Assembly (NCBI GenBank): GCA_038231135.1
Contig: JBBRLX010000008.1
Coordinates: forward strand, 32,001 to 96,000
Source: Candidatus Eiseniibacteriota bacterium
GTDB taxonomy: Bacteria > Eisenbacteria > RBG-16-71-46
Length of the DNA: 64,000 nucleotides
Direction of reading: 5' to 3'
Shown here: positions 55,781-64,000 of the stretch, piece after piece
Position numbering within the stretch: the stretch's first letter is position 1
How the letters are laid out: every line of letters begins with the position of its first letter
The notes under the pieces: generated by a model
Told to the model about the DNA's origin: nothing
The model's input: the letters and a program-made list of their open reading frames with translations, nothing else
Databases searched by the model: none
Position numbers and translations under genes: made by a program

Positions 55781-57364
55781 TCAGCGCAGCAGCACGCACT
55801 TCTGGAGCTGGGAACGATTGCCGGCATCGAGCCGGTAGTAGTACACGCCACTCCCGAGCCCGCGGCCCCGGAGCGTCACCACCTGATTGCCTGCCGGCCG
55901 CACCCCGTCGACGAGCCGCGCGACTTCGCGTCCGGTCACGTCGTAGACGCGCAGCGTGACGTGCTCCGTAACCGGCAGCCGGAACCGGATCGAGGTCTCG
56001 TCGCGGAACGGATTCGGCTCGCTGCGCAGCAGCAGCAAGTCGCCCGCCACGGCGGGCCCCGGCACGTCCGTGGTGGTGCGCAGGAAGCCCGCCTTCGCGA
56101 GGCCAACCTGCACGTAGGAGTTCTGCATGAAGCGGTCCCAGATCGAGCTGTTGAGGTAGTTCTCGATCATCAGCACCATCGGGCCCTGATCGATGCCGAG
56201 GAAGTCGGAATCGTACCAGGGCGTGCCGGTGAGGTTGAACGCGTCGCGGAACCCGTACGTGCCCCATAGTTGGGGATACGCGTTCCGCATGTTGCGAATC
56301 GCGGGGATCGAGATCTCGGGCGCGAACGGCAGCGAGCTGGTCGCCGCGGTCGGAGAGATCGTGCCGTTGTCGGTCTGCGCCGGCGGCGCGCCGTGCGCGT
56401 TATAGCCGCCCGGGTCATCGCTGGCCGTGAGACCCCACAGGCTGTCGCTGTAGCCCGTGAAGTGGCCGGGGTTCGCGATGCAGTAAGCCCGCTGCGCGAG
56501 TGTGGCGCGGCGCGAGTTCTCGAAGTAGGTGATGCCCTTGCCGCGCATGTACGTGTCGGCAATGTAGCGGAAGTCCACCCAGCAGTGCGAATACTGATGA
56601 CCAAATAGCGGCGGGAAGATCACGTAGGTCTGGCCATACTGGGTTTGATAGTTATAGTTGCTGGTCCAGGTGTTCCACGGATTGCCGGAGCCTGCGGTTG
56701 CGGGATGGGTCGGGGAACCGAGCGCCAGGATGTAGATGATCATGCCCTCGTTGTAGCCAACCCATTGTCCGTAGCCGGCGAAGCCGGGGCCGCCCGGCTG
56801 AAAACCCATCAGGATGCCGGGGTTGAGGTTCTGCATGAACCGCCAGTCGGCCCGGCGGTAGATCGAATCCGCCCGCGCGCGAATCAGCGTCTCCAGCGAG
56901 TCGGTGCTCGAGAAGTACTGGCGCGCGTGCAGCATGCCCGCGAACAGTAGCGCGGTGTCGATCGTCGACAACTCCGAGTCGTAGGTGCGCCCACCCGTAT
57001 TCATGTCGAGGAAGTGCCAGAACAGGCCTTTGTACCCGATCGTCCCGCTCACGCTGTTGCCCTGCGGAAAGTTCCAGAACGTATTGAGCGTGGTGAGCAC
57101 GCGGTCGCGGCCCTGATCGCGCGTGATCCAGCCGTGATCGATGCCGACCGTGATCGCCGACAGGCCGAATCCGACCGCGGCGATGCTCGCCGGCGAGCCC
57201 GACGTGCTGCGGTCGCGGACCAGCCCGTTGCTGGGGTTGGCCTCGTTCCAGAAATACGAAAACGCCCGGTGCTGGACGCTGTCGAGCAGTGCTTCGGTGG
57301 TCTGGGCGCTCGCGGCCGTCGTGAACGTGAGCAAGGCTGCGAGTGCGAGGAGCGTGCGTATCAT
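55781..57364 (-). CDS. GH144 beta-1,2-glucanase with FlgD/T9SS-type CTD
   Basis: Signal peptide, ELSTID, WVGYNE, PLFGHQYSHCWVDFR, GIDQGP..MIENY, then PNPFRDETSIRF...SGVYYYRL...QKCVLLR. Confidence 0.88.
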   Translation of the reverse strand: MIRTLLALAALLTFTTAASAQTTEALLDSVQHRAFSYFWNEANPSNGLVRDRSTSGSPASIAAVGFGLSAITVGIDHGWITRDQGRDRVLTTLNTFWNFPQGNSVSGTIGYKGLFWHFLDMNTGGRTYDSELSTIDTALLFAGMLHARQYFSSTDSLETLIRARADSIYRRADWRFMQNLNPGILMGFQPGGPGFAGYGQWVGYNEGMIIYILALGSPTHPATAGSGNPWNTWTSNYNYQTQYGQTYVIFPPLFGHQYSHCWVDFRYIADTYMRGKGITYFENSRRATLAQRAYCIANPGHFTGYSDSLWGLTASDDPGGYNAHGAPPAQTDNGTISPTAATSSLPFAPEISIPAIRNMRNAYPQLWGTYGFRDAFNLTGTPWYDSDFLGIDQGPMVLMIENYLNSSIWDRFMQNSYVQVGLAKAGFLRTTTDVPGPAVAGDLLLLRSEPNPFRDETSIRFRLPVTEHVTLRVYDVTGREVARLVDGVRPAGNQVVTLRGRGLGSGVYYYRLDAGNRSQLQKCVLLR

Positions 57365-57417
57365 GAGTACCCCTGATGCGGCAGACCGGCGGGAACATTC
57401 CCAGCCGGCGAATTGGT

Positions 57418-58437
57418 TCAGAACGTCAAACCCACCGACACTCGATGGGTGCTGCCCAGCCGTCCCTGGTCGGCCCACGCGTAGTCGAGCCGGTATGCGT
57501 ACACGTCAATCTTACCCTGAACGCCGCCGCCAGCTGTCAGGCCGACCTCGGATTCGGGTAGAAACGCATTCTGATAGCCCAAACGCAGGGCAAACTGGTT
57601 GCGATAGGTCAATTCGGCGCCCGCGCTCATGCTCTCGGCGTTGTCGTTGGGGTGGAATGCGTCGACCGCAAGATTGAGCCGTGTCGCGGGATTGATCCGC
57701 ACCGGCAGGCCGAGCCCGACCCGGAACAGCAGCGGCACCGAGAACGGGTCGGTGAACTCCTCCGCCGGCAGCTGTCCGTTGTCGCCGAACACCGAGGGGT
57801 CCTGGTCGTACGTCACACGCAGGTCGCGCCCGCCGTAGCGTCCCTGGGTGCCGAAGTTCGACAGGCTGGCGCCCAGATGGAGGCCGTTCTCCGAGGTGCG
57901 GAACAGCGTCCCGATGTTGATCACCGAGGTCGTCAGCGAGGTGTGCCAGATCGTCTCCTGGACGTACGAGAACTGGATGCCGGCCGAGAACCTGTCGGTG
58001 ATCTCCTTGCCGTAACCCAGGCCGATCGCGACATCCGACACGCGGTACAGTTCGCCGGTGCCGAGCGGAGCGCTCACCGTCCGCACCTCGATGTCGCCCG
58101 AGTTGAGCGACGTCACCGAGGCGTAGCCGTTGCCCCACTTGCCGAGCGGCAGCGCCCCCGTGATGTGGTCGTAGGTGATGCCGGCGATCCACGCGCTGTG
58201 CGAGACCAGCAGCGCCGCGCCGCCCTCGCGTCCGATCGCCGCCGGGTTGTAGTACACGGCGTCGAGTCCGTAATCGAGCGACACGCCGGCGTTGCCCATC
58301 CCGGCGATGCGCGCGCTCGGCTCGATCAGCAGGAAGTCACCGACCGTCGTGCCCGACTTGCTCTGGGCCTCCGCCGTCCGGGCGGACAGCAGCGACGTCA
58401 GGATGGCCGCGATCCACAGGTGCCGGGTCGGCGTCAT
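57418..58437 (-). CDS. PorV/PorQ family outer-membrane beta-barrel
   Basis: FLLIEPSARIAGMG, YYNPAA, DVAIGLGYG, alternating beta-strands, ends HRVSVGLTF (terminal Phe). Confidence 0.88.
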   Translation of the reverse strand: MTPTRHLWIAAILTSLLSARTAEAQSKSGTTVGDFLLIEPSARIAGMGNAGVSLDYGLDAVYYNPAAIGREGGAALLVSHSAWIAGITYDHITGALPLGKWGNGYASVTSLNSGDIEVRTVSAPLGTGELYRVSDVAIGLGYGKEITDRFSAGIQFSYVQETIWHTSLTTSVINIGTLFRTSENGLHLGASLSNFGTQGRYGGRDLRVTYDQDPSVFGDNGQLPAEEFTDPFSVPLLFRVGLGLPVRINPATRLNLAVDAFHPNDNAESMSAGAELTYRNQFALRLGYQNAFLPESEVGLTAGGGVQGKIDVYAYRLDYAWADQGRLGSTHRVSVGLTF

Positions 58438-61400
58438 TTGATCACCGCGAACTTGCCCACATAGTCGCCGATGCCCGGCGCCGCCACATGATAGACGAAC
58501 AGCCCCGGTGCCACGTCCAGGTTGTCGCGTGTCCTCAGGTCCCACGCCACGAACCCGTTGTTCGAGCCGTCCTGGCGCAGCGTCTGCACCAGATCGCCGC
58601 GCACGGTGTAGATGCGGATCACCGAACCCTGCGGGATCGCGCGGAACTCCAGGCGCCGGTCGCCGCGGCCCGAGGTCGCGAACCGGGCCGGCTCGAACGA
58701 CGCCGCACCCGTGTACGGGTTCGGCACCACGTACGGCTTGTCCGCCCACGCCACCTTCGCCGCGGCGGGATCCACGTGCTGCGCCTGCGTCGAGAACGTG
58801 AACACGTCGTCCGAGCTGAGCGGACGCCTCAGCCTCAGGTCGAAGACGTCGCCGGCATGCGGCGCCACGATCGGCCCGCGGAGGCCCTGCCCCAGCGTGT
58901 CGAGCTGGACACGCCACGTCACCTGCGAGTCCCGCGTCGCCACGTTCGCGAACGTCATGATGTCGATCAGTTCGTCGGCCCGGCTGAGCGTGCCGTTGTT
59001 GTCGAAGTCACGGAACCGGAAGTCGAGCTGCCGGTCGCCCTGCGGCGTGTGCGCGACGATCAGGAACTTGGCGGGCTTGGCCTGGAACCCGATGCCGGCC
59101 ACGATCGCCGTGTCCTTCACCACGTCGTAGAACGTGATCGTGATGTCGTCGGGGTAGCCGGGCCGCCGGAAATTGCTCCCCAGCGTCTTGGAGTAGATCA
59201 CCGACAATCGCGTGTTCGTCCGCCCGACGTTGCTGTCCGGCTCGAACCCGGTGCGCGTCGGATCGACGGTGGTCTCGGGCGCGTTCACGATCACCGGCAG
59301 CAAGCCGTCTCCCACCGGGCCGATGCCCTCGCCGTTCAGGTCGGTCCCGGACCCGAACAGCCTGGTCCCCGCGGTGCTGTCGAACATCGCGTACGACGTG
59401 GCGCGGATGCTGTCGGAATCGGGCGTCGCGAATGTGATCTTGAATACGTGGTCCTGCGGAATCAGGTTCGAGTCCACGATCCGGAGCGCGACCTGCCCGC
59501 TGCCGCGGCCTGCGACGTGCGCGGCGGTGTCCACTGTGGCACCGACGAAGCCGGGCACCATGGGATTCGGCCGCACCGCGACCGCGTTCGGCGGCAGGAT
59601 CAAGCCGCCGCGCGGCGTGCGCGACACCGAGATCGAGTTCTCGGACGGGTAGAACGCCAGCGAATCGGGCACGCCGTCGGGCGAGCCGTAGTCGTAGGAG
59701 GTCACGGCGTAGTAGTACTGCTGCCCGTTCACGGCCGAGGTGTCGGTCCAGGTGTGCGTGATGCCGGTCTCGTTGCCGAGGAAGTACGCGACGCCATCCA
59801 CGGTCTTCTTCGAATAGCCCTGGCGCCCGTCCTTGAGGTCGAACTGGATGATCGGTTTGCCATTCACCGGCAGCGGATTGCCGCGGCCGCTGGTGAGCAC
59901 GTGCGCGTCGAGGAAATCGGGGTCGGTCGCGCGGTAGATGCGGTACCCCTCGAAGTCGTTGACGAACGACACCGGGTCGATCGAGCGCTCGGCGACGTCG
60001 TCCCACGACAACCGCACCTTCCCGTCGCCGGCCTCGGCGCGCAGCGTCGGCTGCTGCGGCGGCACCGCGAACTGGTAGTTCGCGGTGTAGATCTGCTGCA
60101 CGGTATGGATCGTCTCGCGCAGCTCCGACAGGTCCGCGGCATAGGACAGCGCGAGGCTGAACCGCTCGCGCTTGCCGGCCTCGAGCCGGAACGGGCCCGA
60201 CGCGAACAGGAATCCGATGTTGTAGTTCGCCGCGACCGCGGAATCGAATCGCGCCGCCGGGTTCAGGTCGGTGAAGTGCTCGTACAACCGCTGCGGCCAG
60301 TTGTTGTTGTCGGTGAAGAACAGGATGTCGTCGGTGCGCGTATCGGGATTGCCGACACCGGCCTTGATCCGGTTCATCTTGAAGCCGGTGAGGCCGATCT
60401 GGTCGGACTCGTTGAGGTCGGTGCGATCGAAGTTCGGCTCGCCCTCGGTGGGGATGCCGTCGCCCTCACCGGTGTCGTGCGTGTCGGGGATGCCGTCGGC
60501 GCCGACGTCGTTGAGGTCGGCGGTCCAGTCCAGGTCCTCGTCCCCCGTCCACCAGCGCCCGGCACGAAACGCCGGCCGGTTGTCGAGCAGCCCGTAGTAC
60601 GCCTCGAATTTCGCGAGATCGTAGTGCGCCTCGACGTAGGCGCGGATCGCCGGCTTGCCCTCGATCAGCGTGCCCGGACCGCCGTCGCGCTTCTCGTCGG
60701 TGATGCCGTCGCCGTCGTTGTCCACCCCGTCGAACGGATTGCCGGGGGTCTCGAGGTACGAGTAGCCCATGTAGCCGGTCGGCGAGCAGCGGCCCGCGAG
60801 ATCGACGCCGTGCCCGTAGGTGTCCCACGTGTACACCAGGTTCAACCCCAGCGACTTGTCGAAGAACGCATTGTCGTCGTCGGATTCGTAGACGCCGTCG
60901 CACGACAACGCCGAGCCGCCGACGCCCGAGTCCATGTAGAGCCCGAACACGACGTTGTCGTCGTAGGTCGTGGTGCCTTCGTTCGTGATGTCGTAGTGCC
61001 AGAAGATCACGTTGCCGGCCTGCGGATTCGACCACTGGAATCCACGCACCTCGACGCGCAGCCCGAGCCCGTGGCGACTGAGATCGGTGCTGTCGGGATT
61101 GAAGTCGAACGCGTCGTAGAAATCATCGTCCATCACCGTGAACGATTCCTGGTCCGCCGCCGGGCGTTTGCCGAAGTAGCCGTCCCACGAGCCGCTCCAG
61201 CCCGGATCGTCGGGGTCGATGAGCTTGTCGGGCCAGCGGTTCGGCCACGTGCGCGGGTCGTTGCTGATCGCGGGCGACCGGCCGCGGTTGATCGTGGGGT
61301 CGGCCTGGGAAAATCCGGGCCGCGGCTCGAAGCGCATCACGCGGTTGAAGTACGGGCTGATGCCCTGCCGCTCGCGGAAACCGGTCTCCATGATGTACGC

Positions 61401-61754
61401 GTCGAGGCCGCTGTTCTGCCGGACCTTGGCGAGCACGAACGGCGTGACGCCGTCCGAGTAGTTCATCCCGCTGCCCTTCGGCGCCTCGGCGGAGTGGAAC
61501 ACCGACAGGTCCACGTTGCCGGGATCCGCCGGGTAGTCGCCGACCATGCCGAAGTTCCAGAACACCGTGCGCAGGTTGTTCGCGTCGTGGGTGCCCGACC
61601 GCTCGGCATCGATGCGGCCACGCTCGGCGGGCGGCTGCGAGGTGGCGCCGGCGGGCCGCGGTGGCGCGGAGTGCTTCGCGGCGGCGGCCGGACCCGCCGC
61701 GGCGCACAGCGCCAGCGCCGCGGTGATCGCCGCCGCCCACCGCGCGCGCATCAC
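58434..61754 (-). CDS. Large secreted hypothetical protein with Asp/Gly Ca-binding-like loops, FN3-like domain and T9SS-like CTD
   Basis: Signal peptide; DNDGDG and DGIPD loops; AGDGKVRLSWD...FEGYRIYR...YYYAVTSYD; C-terminus VVPNPY...IRIYT..GDLV...WDL...GKFAVIK; ATGA overlaps on both sides. Confidence 0.85.
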   Translation of the reverse strand: MMRARWAAAITAALALCAAAGPAAAAKHSAPPRPAGATSQPPAERGRIDAERSGTHDANNLRTVFWNFGMVGDYPADPGNVDLSVFHSAEAPKGSGMNYSDGVTPFVLAKVRQNSGLDAYIMETGFRERQGISPYFNRVMRFEPRPGFSQADPTINRGRSPAISNDPRTWPNRWPDKLIDPDDPGWSGSWDGYFGKRPAADQESFTVMDDDFYDAFDFNPDSTDLSRHGLGLRVEVRGFQWSNPQAGNVIFWHYDITNEGTTTYDDNVVFGLYMDSGVGGSALSCDGVYESDDDNAFFDKSLGLNLVYTWDTYGHGVDLAGRCSPTGYMGYSYLETPGNPFDGVDNDGDGITDEKRDGGPGTLIEGKPAIRAYVEAHYDLAKFEAYYGLLDNRPAFRAGRWWTGDEDLDWTADLNDVGADGIPDTHDTGEGDGIPTEGEPNFDRTDLNESDQIGLTGFKMNRIKAGVGNPDTRTDDILFFTDNNNWPQRLYEHFTDLNPAARFDSAVAANYNIGFLFASGPFRLEAGKRERFSLALSYAADLSELRETIHTVQQIYTANYQFAVPPQQPTLRAEAGDGKVRLSWDDVAERSIDPVSFVNDFEGYRIYRATDPDFLDAHVLTSGRGNPLPVNGKPIIQFDLKDGRQGYSKKTVDGVAYFLGNETGITHTWTDTSAVNGQQYYYAVTSYDYGSPDGVPDSLAFYPSENSISVSRTPRGGLILPPNAVAVRPNPMVPGFVGATVDTAAHVAGRGSGQVALRIVDSNLIPQDHVFKITFATPDSDSIRATSYAMFDSTAGTRLFGSGTDLNGEGIGPVGDGLLPVIVNAPETTVDPTRTGFEPDSNVGRTNTRLSVIYSKTLGSNFRRPGYPDDITITFYDVVKDTAIVAGIGFQAKPAKFLIVAHTPQGDRQLDFRFRDFDNNGTLSRADELIDIMTFANVATRDSQVTWRVQLDTLGQGLRGPIVAPHAGDVFDLRLRRPLSSDDVFTFSTQAQHVDPAAAKVAWADKPYVVPNPYTGAASFEPARFATSGRGDRRLEFRAIPQGSVIRIYTVRGDLVQTLRQDGSNNGFVAWDLRTRDNLDVAPGLFVYHVAAPGIGDYVGKFAVIK

Positions 61755-64000
61755 TGCCCCACCTGCATGCTGACGCCGAGCTGGACCTTCCGCGGCGCGA
61801 AGAACCGGGTCGGATTCGCGAGCTGATCCGCGTCACGGACCAGGTCCGCCGTGGGCGCGTAGTACGGGCTGCCGGTGGTGTCGAACACGTAGCCGTTGAA
61901 GTACCGGGTGTCGAACACGTTGAACACGCGCGCGAACGCGCGGACGGCCCCCGGGCCGCGGCCGAACGTCTTCTCGCCCCGCAGGTCCACGGCCATCGAA
62001 GCCGGGTGGCGTCCGGAGTTGTCCTCGAGCCCGAAGCCGAACCCGACAGCACGCACCGGAGTGTAGGGCTGGCCGCTCGCCACGCGTACGACGGCGCTCA
62101 AAGAGAACCCGCTGTCGCGCGACGCCTCGACCGTCGCGTTGAGCGTATGACGCTGGTCCCAGTTGAACGGCACCTGCCGCGGCCGCGGATCCTCGCCCGC
62201 CGACGCGCGGGTCGCGGTCTCGCGCGGGTCGCTGGAGTTGCCCTGCGCGAGCTGCCAGGTGTAGTCGATCGAGCTGCTGAACAGGCCACGGCGGCGCTGC
62301 GACAGCGCGATCGTCACTCCGGTCACGCCCCCGAAGTCCACGTTCGTGAGCCGCGCGTACTCGGCGCCGTTGTAGGTGGTGACGAACTGGACGCCCAGCA
62401 GGTCACGGATGTCCTTGTAGAAGATGCCGGTGTCGAGCCCGAGCCAGTCCGTGAGCCGCTGTTTGTAGCCGAACTGATACTGCACGGTCTTCTCGGGCTT
62501 GATGTCGGGATTGCCCATCACGCTGAAGTTCGGGACATCCGCCTGCAGATCGCTCAGCACCCCGTAGTTGGAATTGGTGAACACGTCGCCGATCGACGGC
62601 ATCTGGTAGAAGTGGCCATAGGCGAAGAACAGCGACGCGTCGCTCGTGACGGGGTACGACACGCCGACGCGCGGCGAGATCGAGTACTTGGCGGACGTGC
62701 GGACCGGATGCGACAGCGGCGCGCCCTGGATCGAGTTCGCGGGATTTTCGAGGTCGCTCGGCAGGCTGGACCGGGCGTCGAAGAAGTCGAACCGGAATCC
62801 CGCGCGCACGCGCAGGTCGTTCCACTCGCCATCCTCCTGCGCGAACGCGGCGCCGATCAGCGGCGAGTTGAGCTGAACGCCCGGAAATTTCGGCGGGTCA
62901 TGGTCGTAACGCGCGAGGAACTGCCGCCCGGTGAGGGAATCCGTCACGTACGACAGCACTCCGGGACTGCCGAATTTCACCTGCGGCCACTGCATCTCGG
63001 CGCCGAGCTTGAGCGTCTGGTCGCGGTTCACCTGGTGCGTGAACGACGACTTCGCCACGATCGCGTCGGTGTTCTGCTTGAACCGGTTGAGGTCCACGCC
63101 CTGGACGAACGCGTCGTACAGGAACCCGGGCACGTTCTTCGGCGGACCCGCGAGGTCGTAGCGCGGGTCGTACAGGTTGTCGAACGCGAGGTCCTTGTAG
63201 TCGAAGTAGTTCTGCCGCAGGCTCACGTTGTAGAACGTGGCCTTGCTGACCGTGTGCGTGACGTCGACGCCGTGCGCGACCGAGAACGTGTGCTGCCGGG
63301 TGAGACCCTCGGGGTCGAACCGGTAGTTCCAGTCGGCGCGGCGCGAGTCGATGTAGTTGACGATGGCCTGATAGCCGATCTCGACGTTCGGGATCGACCG
63401 ATTGGTGACTTTGCCGATGCCCGACCACTCGCGCGAGAAGCCGAGCGGCTCCTGGCCCAGGTCGCCGTCCGGGTTGGTGGCCTTGGCGACCGGATTCCCG
63501 GTCGGGGTCAGCCACGGCGTGTAGACCCGCGTGCCGCGCACGTAGTCGTCGAACAGGTGGTAGCTGCCGCTCGTCAGATACGTGGTCTTCGGCACGAACA
63601 GCGGGCCGCTGGCGCTGAGCTGGTAGTTCTGCTCGCCCGCCGGCCAGAACGCGTAGCGCGGCTGCGGGATGAATGACCGGAAGAACACCGGAGTCGAGGA
63701 CGGATCCCGGCGCGCCACGTCGTACAGGAACCCGCCGCTCAGCACCTCGCCGTCCCAGCGGAACTTCTCCGAGCCCCGCCGCAGCACCGCGTTCACGACG
63801 CCGCTCATCGCCTGGCCGTACTCGGCGTCGAACGTGCCGCTGATGACCTGTACCTCCTCGAGCAGCGAGCGGTCGATGCGCAGGCTCGACTTGTTGTCGT
63901 AGGCGTTGTTCACCGACACGCCGTCGACCTGGAACTGCACCTCGCCGCCGCGGCCGCCGCGGAAGTGCAGATCACCGCCCTGCGACACCACGCCCGCCTG
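61751..64000 (-). CDS. TonB-dependent receptor (N-terminus beyond the right edge)
   Basis: Plug motifs LHFRGGR..EVQFQVDGV and SGTFDAEYGQAMSGVVN; barrel motifs SPRVGVSYP, GNPDIKPEKT, WDQRHT. Confidence 0.93.
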   Translation of the reverse strand, partial: QAGVVSQGGDLHFRGGRGGEVQFQVDGVSVNNAYDNKSSLRIDRSLLEEVQVISGTFDAEYGQAMSGVVNAVLRRGSEKFRWDGEVLSGGFLYDVARRDPSSTPVFFRSFIPQPRYAFWPAGEQNYQLSASGPLFVPKTTYLTSGSYHLFDDYVRGTRVYTPWLTPTGNPVAKATNPDGDLGQEPLGFSREWSGIGKVTNRSIPNVEIGYQAIVNYIDSRRADWNYRFDPEGLTRQHTFSVAHGVDVTHTVSKATFYNVSLRQNYFDYKDLAFDNLYDPRYDLAGPPKNVPGFLYDAFVQGVDLNRFKQNTDAIVAKSSFTHQVNRDQTLKLGAEMQWPQVKFGSPGVLSYVTDSLTGRQFLARYDHDPPKFPGVQLNSPLIGAAFAQEDGEWNDLRVRAGFRFDFFDARSSLPSDLENPANSIQGAPLSHPVRTSAKYSISPRVGVSYPVTSDASLFFAYGHFYQMPSIGDVFTNSNYGVLSDLQADVPNFSVMGNPDIKPEKTVQYQFGYKQRLTDWLGLDTGIFYKDIRDLLGVQFVTTYNGAEYARLTNVDFGGVTGVTIALSQRRRGLFSSSIDYTWQLAQGNSSDPRETATRASAGEDPRPRQVPFNWDQRHTLNATVEASRDSGFSLSAVVRVASGQPYTPVRAVGFGFGLEDNSGRHPASMAVDLRGEKTFGRGPGAVRAFARVFNVFDTRYFNGYVFDTTGSPYYAPTADLVRDADQLANPTRFFAPRKVQLGVSMQVGQ

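Noticed and set aside
57386..57408. Hairpin CCGGC-GGGAA-ca-TTCCC-a-GCCGG between porV and GH144 as a terminator
   Set aside because: No U-tract on the coding strand; it could be a processing or stability element but that cannot be supported from sequence alone.
58488..61826. Very long antisense ORFs (1112 aa here; also 25501-28458, 28245-30815, 44709-47276, 8639-10879)
   Set aside because: They mirror well-supported genes on the other strand, have no motifs, and are expected from stop-poor GC-rich codon usage.

Overview
Very GC-rich bacterial window with no rRNA, tRNA, CRISPR array, integrase or transposase visible. FlgD/T9SS-like C-terminal sorting domains, a PorV-family barrel and a C-terminal SWGxxKxxYR tail point to an FCB-superphylum lineage such as Ca. 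Eisenbacteria (inference). Left to right: (1) a surface-glycan cluster (WcaJ-like phosphotransferase, GT4, an inverted GT2 plus O-antigen ligase/polymerase pair, Wzz, SLBB exporter, rmlB, rmlC, ugd, two Rmd/Gmd-like SDRs); (2) a secreted alpha6-barrel protein, an OPT transporter and a CTD-bearing metallophosphatase; (3) an ECF sigma / zinc anti-sigma / ADP-ribosylglycohydrolase operon; (4) a 12-kb pyrimidine operon (pyrB-pyrC-carA-ICMT-miniORF-carB-TPR-pyrK-pyrD-pyrF) in which every junction overlaps, with a PyrR-binding hairpin on the pyrB Shine-Dalgarno and pyrR displaced by two genes; (5) a FecR/DUF928/TPR protein, a Ser/Thr kinase and a GH1; (6) a lower-GC islet; (7) a >19-kb probable beta-1,2-glucan utilisation locus. 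That locus has no SusD after its TonB-dependent receptor, but a 1106-aa CTD-bearing protein and a PorV-family barrel, followed by two GH144s, a stand-alone Cgs-type GH94, an ABC importer and an uncharacterised discoidin glycosidase. The TBDR / CTD protein / PorV triad is the best candidate for an undescribed system. All family calls come from recognising motifs by eye; no searches were run.
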